Origin: an uncultured delta proteobacterium
GTDB taxonomy: Bacteria > Desulfobacterota > Desulfuromonadia > Geobacterales > DSM-12255
NCBI GenBank assembly: GCA_963787125.1
Contig: CAWBBV010000002.1
Coordinates: 64,001-128,000 of the forward strand
Length of the DNA stretch: 64,000 nucleotides
Direction: 5' to 3'
A program made the position numbers and the translations under genes. Below are positions 19,523 through 27,677 of this stretch, one piece after another (position 1 is the first letter of the stretch; every line of letters begins with the position of its first letter). Below the pieces are notes generated by a model that worked only from the letters and a program-made list of their open reading frames with translations, was not told where the DNA came from and made no database searches.

Positions 19523-21439
19523 ATGAAAAATCTCATTCTCGGCACTGCCGGCCACATAGATCACGGCAAGACGTCACTCGTCAAGACACTGACCGGCGTC
19601 GACACCGATCGTCTCCCCGAGGAGAAATCCCGCGGCATTACCATCGAGCTCGGCTTTGCTGACCTGGAACTCCCCGGCGGGATTCATTTCGGGATTGTCG
19701 ATGTGCCGGGGCACGAGCGCTTTCTGCGCACCATGGTTTCCGGTGTCGTGGGGATGGACCTGGTGATGCTGGTGATTGCCGCCGATGAAGGGGTGATGCC
19801 CCAGACCCGTGAGCATCTTGATGTCTGCCAGTTGCTCGGCTTGAAAAAAGGGCTGGTGGTGCTGACCAAGAGCGACCTGGTGGAGCCTGACTGGCTGGAG
19901 CTGGTCGTGGAGGAGGTGCGGGAGTTTCTGACAGGAAGTTTTTTGGAAGGGGCTGCTGTCATCCCGGTCTCCTCCCGCAGCGGCGTCGGCTTTGACCAGT
20001 TGAAAGTCGAACTGGGGCGAATAGCTCTGGGGCTGGAGCAGAAGCGGAGCGAAGGCCATTTTCGCCTGCCGGTGGACCGGGTGTTTACCCTACCCGGCTT
20101 CGGGACGGTGGTAACCGGCACGCTTTTATCCGGCAAGGTCGCGGTGGGGGACGAGGCGGAGATTCTCCCGGCAGCCCTCCCCTGCAGGATTCGCGGCATC
20201 CAGACCCATGGCGCCAGGATGGAAGCGGGAGAAGCGGGCTCAAGACTGGCTCTGAATCTCCAGGGGGTTGACCATTACCAGGTGAAGCGCGGCGATGTGG
20301 TTGTCCCCAAGGGGATCTACCGGACGACGCGGCGGGTAGATGTTCAGCTGGAACATCTGCCATCAGCAGCGCACAACCTGAAACATCGCACTACCCTGCG
20401 GCTCCACGCGGCGACCTACGAGGTTTCAGCCCAGGTAATTCTTTTTGACAGGGAGTTCCTGGAACCGGGCGAAAGCGCCTTTGCCCAGCTGCGATTATCC
20501 CGACCGGTCCTGCTCCTTAATGGCGACCCGTTCGTGCTCCGCTCGTCATCACCCTCGGCTACCGTTGCCGGCGGCACGGTGCTTGACCCCTCCCCCCCCG
20601 GTCGCCGCCGCCGCTCCCTGGAGGCAGTGGCACTGCTGGAATACCTGGCGAGCGGCGCTGATCCTGAGGCTATCGCCGGAATGATTACGGAGAGCCTGCT
20701 CTCGGGGATAACCCATACCGATATCGCTGCCAGAAGCGGGATTCCGGCCAGACGTCTCGAAGCAGCCCTGGCGCAGCTGCTGGCGAGCGGCGCAGTAGTC
20801 CAGGTAGTGCGTGAACCAAAAAGATATCTCAGCCGCCAGGCATTCGCCTCCCTTTGCAGCCTGCTGTTAGCCGAGATGAACAGCTATTTTGCCAGTAATC
20901 CGCTTAAAGAGGGGATCGGCAAAGAGGAGTTAAAGACCAGGCTGCCGGCAAGAAGTGACCAGCGTTTTTTCACCCCCTGCCTTGCCGCCCTGGAAAAGGA
21001 TGGGAAAGTCATGGCCGAGCGTGAGCAGGTGAAACTGGTCGGACGCAAGGCAGGAGCGGAGACTGCCCAGGCGGATATCCACCGACTGATCGAGCTTGAG
21101 TTGGAAATGGGGGGGAGCGAGCCACCGTTTCTCAAGGATATCTGCAGCACGCTCCGAATAACGGAAAAACTGGTGGTTGAACACTTGAGCCTGCTGGTGA
21201 GAGAAGGGCTGGCTGTAAAGGTGAAGAGTGACGTCTTCTACCGCCCGGAGCCGCTTGCCCGTATTGAGGAAAAACTGATCGCTCATCTGCGGGAAAAGGG
21301 TGAAGTCACCCCGACCGAATTCCGGGAGATGACCGGCCTGTCACGCAAGTTCATGATTCCGCTCCTGGAGTATTTCGATGCGCAGAAGTTGACCTTAAGA
21401 GTCGGGGACAGGCGGCTGTTGCGGAAGAAACTAGGCTGA
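19523..21439 (+). CDS. selB: Selenocysteine-specific elongation factor
   Basis: [28 protein letters not shown], and C-terminal winged helix [13 protein letters not shown]. Confidence 0.96.
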   Translation: MKNLILGTAGHIDHGKTSLVKTLTGVDTDRLPEEKSRGITIELGFADLELPGGIHFGIVDVPGHERFLRTMVSGVVGMDLVMLVIAADEGVMPQTREHLDVCQLLGLKKGLVVLTKSDLVEPDWLELVVEEVREFLTGSFLEGAAVIPVSSRSGVGFDQLKVELGRIALGLEQKRSEGHFRLPVDRVFTLPGFGTVVTGTLLSGKVAVGDEAEILPAALPCRIRGIQTHGARMEAGEAGSRLALNLQGVDHYQVKRGDVVVPKGIYRTTRRVDVQLEHLPSAAHNLKHRTTLRLHAATYEVSAQVILFDREFLEPGESAFAQLRLSRPVLLLNGDPFVLRSSSPSATVAGGTVLDPSPPGRRRRSLEAVALLEYLASGADPEAIAGMITESLLSGITHTDIAARSGIPARRLEAALAQLLASGAVVQVVREPKRYLSRQAFASLCSLLLAEMNSYFASNPLKEGIGKEELKTRLPARSDQRFFTPCLAALEKDGKVMAEREQVKLVGRKAGAETAQADIHRLIELELEMGGSEPPFLKDICSTLRITEKLVVEHLSLLVREGLAVKVKSDVFYRPEPLARIEEKLIAHLREKGEVTPTEFREMTGLSRKFMIPLLEYFDAQKLTLRVGDRRLLRKKLG

Positions 21440-21504
21440 GTCAAGCATTGAACTCTTCATCGAAGAGGGTGAAGATGCAGCGATTCAATTTCTGGAGGGA
21501 TAAC

Positions 21505-22323
21505 ATGAGCGCGATCAGACTTTTCGAATCAAAGAAAATCCGTTCAGCATGGGATGCACTTGAAGAGAAGTGGTATTTTTCAATTGTAGATGTTGTCGGG
21601 GCGCTGACAGATAGCCCGGACCCCAAGGATTACTGGTATCGGATCAAGAAACGCGAGAAGGTTTCGGGACTTGAGTTATCGACAATTTGTCGACAACTGA
21701 AACTGGAGTCCGCCGATGGCAAAAAATACCTGACCGACTGCGCCAATACCGAAGGGCTGTTGCGTATCATCCAGGCGATTCCTTCACCAAAAGCCGAACC
21801 GTTCAAACTCTGGCTGGCAAAGGTCGGTTATCAGCGGCTGGAAGAGATCGAAAACCCCGAACTGGCCATGGGGCGGATGCAGGAGCTGTACGAAAAGAAA
21901 GGGTATCCCAAGGAGTGGATTGACAAGCGATTACGAGGGATTGCCGTTCGCCAGGACCTGACTGACGAGTGGAAAAACCGCGGCGCGGGTAACAATCTGG
22001 CATACGCCATTCTGACCAACGAGATCATGCAGGGTGCTTTTGATCTGAAGGTTGATGACTATAAAGCGGTCAAGGGGCTGAAGCGGGAAAACTTGCGTGA
22101 TCACATGACCGACATGGAACTGATCCTGACAATGCTGGCAGAAGCGACCACCACCAAGTTGCACCGTGACCGGGATTCGCAAGGTTTTGAACCATTGCAG
22201 AAGGATGCAAAGGACGGCGGCGCAGTTGCCGGCAGAACTCGCAAGGACATCGAGGCTCAGACGGGAAAACCGGTGATAACCAGTGACAACTTCAAGAAGT
22301 TGACCTCAAGCAGGCTCACATGA
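21505..22323 (+). CDS. Bro-N domain (antirepressor-like) protein
   Basis: WYFSIVDVV, IPSPKAEPFKLWLA and NLRDHMT motifs; GGAGG RBS before 21505. Confidence 0.8.
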   Translation: MSAIRLFESKKIRSAWDALEEKWYFSIVDVVGALTDSPDPKDYWYRIKKREKVSGLELSTICRQLKLESADGKKYLTDCANTEGLLRIIQAIPSPKAEPFKLWLAKVGYQRLEEIENPELAMGRMQELYEKKGYPKEWIDKRLRGIAVRQDLTDEWKNRGAGNNLAYAILTNEIMQGAFDLKVDDYKAVKGLKRENLRDHMTDMELILTMLAEATTTKLHRDRDSQGFEPLQKDAKDGGAVAGRTRKDIEAQTGKPVITSDNFKKLTSSRLT

Positions 22324-22697
22324 AAACAGCGGCAACTATTGCAATTTTCTGCGCCGGAGGCGGTCTGACCCGCTACTATCTGTCCGGCTGGGTTTACAGC
22401 CTGCTGGGGCGGGCATTCCCCTACGGTACCTTTGTCGTCAACATCATTGGTGCCTATTTCATCGGCCTGATCATGGAGCTCGGCCTGCGCAGCACCGCCA
22501 TTTCCGACACCCTGCGACTCGGCCTGACAGTCGGCTTCATGGGGGGGTTGACAACTTTTTCCACCTTCAGTTATGAAACGTTCGCGCTTCTGGAGGATGG
22601 TCAGTTGCTGCCGGCATTTGTCAACATCCTCGCCAGTGTCCTGGTCTGTCTGATATTCACCTGGCTCGGGATTATCACGATTCGTTCAATGTCATAG
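22320..22697 (+). CDS. crcB: Fluoride channel CrcB/FluC
   Basis: RY, FPYGTFVVN and GFMGGLTTFSTFS motifs. Confidence 0.93.
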   Translation: MKTAATIAIFCAGGGLTRYYLSGWVYSLLGRAFPYGTFVVNIIGAYFIGLIMELGLRSTAISDTLRLGLTVGFMGGLTTFSTFSYETFALLEDGQLLPAFVNILASVLVCLIFTWLGIITIRSMS

Positions 22698-22708
22698 GAG
22701 GGAGCTTC

Positions 22709-23038
22709 ATGCCGAAACTTGTTGGCGAAAACCTTTTAATGAGGATCTATCTGGCCGAAAGCGACCGCTACGAACACAGGCCGCTGTATGAGGCGTTGGT
22801 GGAGATGCTGCGCACTGCCGGGTTTGCCGGTGCTACGGTGCTCAGGGGTGTGGGCGGTTTCGGCAGCCACCGGGTCTATCATTCGCAAAAGCTGCTCGAT
22901 CTTTCCGCCGACCTGCCGCTGATCATTGAGGCGGTGGAAAGCCAGGAGATGATCAATGCTATCATGCCACGCCTGGACGAGATGATGACCGGTGGCACGG
23001 TCACGCTGGAAAAGGTTAGCGTGATCCGCTACAGTTAG
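22709..23038 (+). CDS. DUF190 (PII-like) protein
   Basis: AGATVLRGVGGFG and LSADLPLIIE motifs; usual crcB partner. Confidence 0.85.
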   Translation: MPKLVGENLLMRIYLAESDRYEHRPLYEALVEMLRTAGFAGATVLRGVGGFGSHRVYHSQKLLDLSADLPLIIEAVESQEMINAIMPRLDEMMTGGTVTLEKVSVIRYS

Positions 23039-23041
23039 CCT

Positions 23042-23165
23042 TTCCAATTCCAGATCAAGAGTGATATCTAGGCGGTGAGGATTGAGGCGACGAAAGCGTA
23101 CAGACAGTACCTTTTAGGAGCCGAAGACGAGCCAACGAAGATAGCGCCTTGATGTGGAATTGGAA
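23042..23165. repeat. Palindromic intergenic element (MITE/REP-like)
   Basis: 18-bp terminal inverted repeat TTCCAATTCCAGATCAAG / CTTGATGTGGAATTGGAA with 1 mismatch. Confidence 0.7.
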
Positions 23166-23173
23166 TCACCTTC

Positions 23174-23467
23174 TCACGAACAGCAGTTGCCCCCGGCTAT
23201 CTTGCCTAGCTTATGTTCCTGCAGCCACTCATTAATCATGCCGCTGGCGCAGCCGACCCCTGAATCAACCTTGATTGCCTTGACCGGACAGTTGAGCGCA
23301 CAGGCGCCACACTCCATGCAGGCATCACGATCAAGCAGCCGCGCCCTGTTATCCCGAAGGGCAAAAACCTGGTGAGGACAGACCTCCAGGCAACGACCGC
23401 AGCCGACGCAGGCCGGTTGGTCAAGTTCAAGAGTAGCTACGTTCTGCAGATATCTGAAGCCTTGCAT
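23174..23467 (-). CDS. hgcB: Mercury methylation ferredoxin HgcB
   Basis: Two CxxCxxCxxxCP motifs including CMECGAC, SGVGCA, and C-terminal CC; directly after hgcA. Confidence 0.95.
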   Translation of the reverse strand: MQGFRYLQNVATLELDQPACVGCGRCLEVCPHQVFALRDNRARLLDRDACMECGACALNCPVKAIKVDSGVGCASGMINEWLQEHKLGKIAGGNCCS

Positions 23468-23477
23468 AACTCCCCCT

Positions 23478-24665
23478 TCAAATAAATTTCCCTGCCAGCA
23501 GCAGCATGATTCCCAGAATAATCGCTCCTGCCATAATCGGCAGGCTGAGGCGCATCTCCTTTTTTACCCCGGAACGGGATGTATAGGGGGTGCAGCCGGT
23601 GAAGTTGAGAGTGTAAAAAGCGCTGACCGCAGGTAAGGCAATAAAAGCGGCGACGGTGATAATGCTGCTCCAGTCAATACTGCTGACAATAGAACGGCAG
23701 GCAGCAACCCAGAGGATGCCAACCAGCCACCCCTTGACAGCAAAACTTGACCCCGGCAGCCATGGCAGAAGCAGCGGCCCGAGGATAATTCCGCTCAGCA
23801 CGGCCCCGGCGTATACCAGCATAGCAACAATTCCGGCATTCATTCCACCGGCCAGAGCAAAGAAGAGCAGGATGATCCCTCCGGCAACAAGCAGAGATTT
23901 CATCGCCAGAACGAGCTCCACCGGCAGAAGAACCAACCGCTCGTAAAAAGTGAAGGTCAGATGCTGCATCTCCGGCGTGCTAACCATGCCGTTATCGAGA
24001 TAAGCTGGGATATCAGCCGCCTGCACCGCCCCAAAGCTGACCGTAAAGCCGGAGCGTTTGGCCACCTGGTGCGCCGCTACCCCCGGGGCACCGAGAAGCG
24101 GCAGAATAAGGCGCCTGTGGGTGACAACCTGAGACAGACCGGTTGCCGCAATGCGGCGGACCAGTTCACCGGTGCCAAAAGTCCCTTTGCCGGCAGCACA
24201 CCAGACGTTGATGCCGTAGGTTTCAAGCACCAGCAGCCAGACGTTCCGCCCCGCAAGGGAGCGGCGCACAGCGTCGTAGCTCATCTTGTAGTTGGCCGTC
24301 ACCAGCACCGGAGCGTCCGGCATCGGGGTGCCGACCGCATAGAGCCCCGGCGGGACCATGTAGGTCATCCGGCCAAGACCCCAGCGCGCCTTCCAGGCTC
24401 CCAGCCGGTCACTCCAATCATAAGCTGAAGAAATCCTGGCAACACGGCCGGCCGGTGTCTCCAGCCAGCTCATGAAACCCGGTACTTGCTCGGTTATCTC
24501 TCCACCGCCGGCGGAGGTAGGGGGGCCTCAGCAGGGAGGTTTATCACTGCCGTTGCCAGCCTCAATTGAACAGACTGCAGCAGGCAAAACGCTCGTGGCC
24601 GCTGTGGCTTTTCTACTGTTTTTGATCTTGAAGGCAACGCCGGGCTCTTTATTTACTTGCAACAT
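23478..24665 (-). CDS. hgcA: Mercury methylation corrinoid protein HgcA, with probable Sec-containing N-terminal extension (UGA at 24528-24530)
   Basis: Cap-helix NVWCAAGKG, VTANYKMS, C-terminal TM domain with NFTGCTPYTS. The frame extends upstream of the ORF-track start (24473) through one TGA to ATG 24665. Gene identity is secure; the extended start is an inference. Confidence 0.9.
24500..24516 (-). promoter_or_regulatory. Putative SECIS hairpin of hgcA
   Basis: Minus-strand CTCCGCC-GGC-GGTGGAG stem-loop starting 11 nt after the in-frame TGA. Confidence 0.65.
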
Positions 24666-25123
24666 GCAATCGTTCCCCCCTGAGATATCGTTTCCTGTCG
24701 CTCCTGGATAAGGACGCCATTGAGCAACTCCAGAGACCTGACCACGGTATCGCGCTCAAACGGGCTCAGCTGTCCGAAAATCCTCACAAGCCGCGCTGAC
24801 ATGTAGGTGTCAATCTTGCCGACGGTTTCCAGACCGGCAGCTGTGAGGCCCAGCAGCGTCACCCGGCGGTCATCCTGTGACACCCGCCTGGAGACAAGCC
24901 CCTTAATCTCCAGCGTTTTGACCTGGCGACTGAAGGTGGTGATATCCATACCCAACTCTTCGGCAACCTGCTGCATTGACGGGCTCCCCGTCCGGCGGAT
25001 CTCCATGAGAATATGGCTCTGGACCATGGAAATCTGTTCGCCGCAGCAGTCGTCGCAGCAGGCCGCGTTCAATAATCCGAAGCGGCGGGTAAAAATCTGC
25101 AGCTGTTCCCTGACTGTTTTCAT
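24653..25123 (-). CDS. MarR-family regulator with CCxxCC and C-terminal CC
   Basis: wHTH signature (QSHILMEI, VAEELGMD, LEIKGLV, DRRVTLLGLT); overlaps the extended hgcA start. Confidence 0.88.
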   Translation of the reverse strand: MKTVREQLQIFTRRFGLLNAACCDDCCGEQISMVQSHILMEIRRTGSPSMQQVAEELGMDITTFSRQVKTLEIKGLVSRRVSQDDRRVTLLGLTAAGLETVGKIDTYMSARLVRIFGQLSPFERDTVVRSLELLNGVLIQERQETISQGGTIACCK

Positions 25124-25155
25124 TGAAGGCACTCCTGCAGATAAAACTAGCTTTA

Positions 25156-25176
25156 TTATTTGCAAAATGCAACTAA
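25156..25176. promoter_or_regulatory. Putative MarR operator
   Basis: Inverted repeat TTATTTGCA-AAA-TGCAACTAA (8/9 match) just upstream of the marR-hgcAB start. Confidence 0.55.
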
Positions 25177-25277
25177 AATTTGTCGGGTTTATTACAAATC
25201 AGTATAGTGGAAATGGTGCGAGAGAGAGAAAATGAGGAATGGTATACTGGCTGAAGCAATAGATCTGATCTGGGCGG

Positions 25278-26534
25278 TCAGCTGCAGACCTGATTCCTTC
25301 CTTTGCTTTTAGCCCTGTAAAGCGCCTTGTCAGCAGCCTTCATGATTTCAGCGGCCCCGCCCTGGCCTTCCCCTGACTCCGCCACGCCAATACTTATGGT
25401 CACGGAAACCTCTGTGGAGCTGCTCTTGCTGCCGCGTTTGCCTTCGCCCTGCTTTGGGTCTTTGGGCCGGTCATCACTGCGGATTGAGAGGCGATATGCT
25501 TCGATACTCTTTCTGACCCCTTCCAGATGCGGAATCACCTCAGCAGCCTTTTTACCGGGGAAAAGCACCGTAAACTCTTCACCGCCATAACGGTACGCCT
25601 TCCCCCCGCCGCTGACTGAGTCGATCCTCTTTGCCACCATCTTCAAAACCTGATCACCCACATCATGACCATAGGTGTCATTGAACCGTTTGAAATGATC
25701 CACATCCAGCATGGCAACCGCGTAGCGCCTGCCAAGACCGTGAAGACTTTCATTCAACGCCCGCCGCGACGGAATGCCGGTCAGATCATCCCTGAACGCC
25801 ATATTATAGGAGTCCTGGAGGATGCTGAGAGTGATGATGATCCCGGCAGCAGTGCAGAAAAGCGCCGGCAGGTCCGGAGAAGTTATCTTTGCCAGACTGA
25901 TGACAATTGCCAGGAGCGCCCCGAGCAGGCCGCTTTCAATGGGAGCCTGACGCTTTATTGCCAGAAAAACGATAAATGACATGGAGACCAGCGCCAGTGC
26001 TAGCAGCGGTTGCGGCAGGAGCAGAGTGTCGAAAAGCGGCTGGGAGGAAAATTGGCGGGTCAAGAGCGGCTGGACATCTTCAAAGTGATGCCTGAAAAGG
26101 AGCCAGACAATCGCCGCCTGCATAACAATAAAACCGAAGCGGAGTCTTCCGGCTATGGAGAAGACCCCCCTCTCACGCATCAGCGCCAGAAGAGCAAAGT
26201 TCAAGGGCAAAAGCAGTGCAAGGCCAAGATACACACCTTGTTGAACATAACCGCTGACGCCTGTTTCCAGGTAAGAACGGTAGAAATAGTAGAAAATGCT
26301 GATCAGGAAAAGTGCTGTGAACGGACGACCACGATGGAAATGAACCGACAGAAACATCCCGGCAACGGCAGCAAGATAAGGTGAGATCAGGAGCAGCTCT
26401 TTGTGGGCCGGAGCGAGAGTCGCAATTTTGGGTAAAAGGAAAACTGCGGCAGCAAGTAGTGCCAATGGTACCAGGAAAATAAGAGTTTTTTTGGCTGTGG
26501 CTGTACTCACTAAGCTTTTGCGCCTCTCAATCAC
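25278..26534 (-). CDS. Membrane-bound diguanylate cyclase
   Basis: Multiple TM helices, DVDHFKRFNDTYGHDVGD, RYGGEEF, ADKALY. Confidence 0.92.
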   Translation of the reverse strand: MIERRKSLVSTATAKKTLIFLVPLALLAAAVFLLPKIATLAPAHKELLLISPYLAAVAGMFLSVHFHRGRPFTALFLISIFYYFYRSYLETGVSGYVQQGVYLGLALLLPLNFALLALMRERGVFSIAGRLRFGFIVMQAAIVWLLFRHHFEDVQPLLTRQFSSQPLFDTLLLPQPLLALALVSMSFIVFLAIKRQAPIESGLLGALLAIVISLAKITSPDLPALFCTAAGIIITLSILQDSYNMAFRDDLTGIPSRRALNESLHGLGRRYAVAMLDVDHFKRFNDTYGHDVGDQVLKMVAKRIDSVSGGGKAYRYGGEEFTVLFPGKKAAEVIPHLEGVRKSIEAYRLSIRSDDRPKDPKQGEGKRGSKSSSTEVSVTISIGVAESGEGQGGAAEIMKAADKALYRAKSKGRNQVCS

Positions 26535-27151
26535 CGCACGGACAGTGCCAGCTTTAGCCCCATTGCTGCAAATACCCCGGCAGTGAGCCGGTCAAAATAT
26601 TTCGAAACATGCGGCTTTGCTAACAGCTGCCTGCCGATGCTGCCGGAAAACCAGCCGATCAGCGAAAAGATGACAATCGCCTGAGTCATGAAAACCGTGC
26701 CGAGCAGAATCATCTGCAGGGGAACATTACCGGCGGCAGGGTATACGAACTGGGGCAAAAACGCCAGAAAGAAGAGCGCCACCTTGGGGTTGAGGACGTT
26801 CATGATAAAGCCGCGCCGAAAGAGTGCTGCCGCCGGGAGGCTCTCATCGGCAGCAAGCTTCAGCACAGCTGAGCTTCGTAGCGTTTTCCAGGCAAGGTAA
26901 AGCAGATAACCGGCGCCGGCGAACTTGACCAGATTGAACGCCAGCGCCGATGAGTAGAAGATGGCGGAGATGCCGAATGCTGCAGCTGTTGTGTGGATGC
27001 TGACGCCGCTGCACATGCCGAGAGCAGTGACAATGGCCGCTTTGCGACCACGGGTGATCCCCTGGGTGATAACGAAAATATTATCAGGTCCTGGCGAGAC
27101 GGTAAGCGCCATGGAAGCGCAGAGAAAACCGAAAAAAGTGTATAAGGTCAT
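26531..27151 (-). CDS. LysE/RhtB-family exporter
   Basis: SPGPD, GAGYLLYLAW and NVLNPKVALFFLAFLPQF motifs. Confidence 0.92.
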   Translation of the reverse strand: MTLYTFFGFLCASMALTVSPGPDNIFVITQGITRGRKAAIVTALGMCSGVSIHTTAAAFGISAIFYSSALAFNLVKFAGAGYLLYLAWKTLRSSAVLKLAADESLPAAALFRRGFIMNVLNPKVALFFLAFLPQFVYPAAGNVPLQMILLGTVFMTQAIVIFSLIGWFSGSIGRQLLAKPHVSKYFDRLTAGVFAAMGLKLALSVR

Positions 27152-27223
27152 GATTGCACCCGTATGTTGACATTAGAGACGTAGTCGCTGCCCGGTTCTA
27201 ACTTAGTTTTTCAGTAGCAACAA

Positions 27224-27248
27224 AAAAACCCCGTTTTGGCGGGGTTTT
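27224..27248 (-). terminator. Intrinsic terminator after hup
   Basis: AAAACCCCG / CGGGGTTTT hairpin with a T-run on the minus strand. Confidence 0.7.
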
Positions 27249-27275
27249 CTTGAATCATGCTGGGTCAGGACAGGG

Positions 27276-27560
27276 TTACTTCTTCTTGGCAGCGACAGCA
27301 TCCTTGAGAGCCTTGCCAGGACGGAACTTGGGAACCTTGGCAGCAGCAATCTTGATCTCTTTGCCGGTCTGAGGATTACGACCGGTACGAGCCTTGCGGG
27401 TCGAGACTTCAAAGCTGCCGAAGCCGACCAGAGTTACCCGGTCATCTTTTTTGAGCGCGTCGGTAACTGCTGTAATGAAGCCGCTTACAGCCTTCTCTGC
27501 TGAAGCTTTGGTAAGAGCTGCCGATTTGGCTACTGCATCAATAAGTTCTGCCTTGGTCAT
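27276..27560 (-). CDS. hup: Histone-like DNA-binding protein HU
   Basis: [27 protein letters not shown]. Confidence 0.96.
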   Translation of the reverse strand: MTKAELIDAVAKSAALTKASAEKAVSGFITAVTDALKKDDRVTLVGFGSFEVSTRKARTGRNPQTGKEIKIAAAKVPKFRPGKALKDAVAAKKK

Positions 27561-27677
27561 TTTAGCCCTCCTGCTGAAAAGTTAAATTTTGGGTAACTAT
27601 AAACTCATTTTTAGGCTTTGCAAGATAATATTTCACCAATACAGAAAAATTTAGCGCTGTGAACCCGCTCTTTAAGC

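Noticed and set aside
22200..22320. Fluoride riboswitch upstream of crcB
   Set aside because: The upstream region is Bro-N coding sequence and I see no riboswitch consensus.
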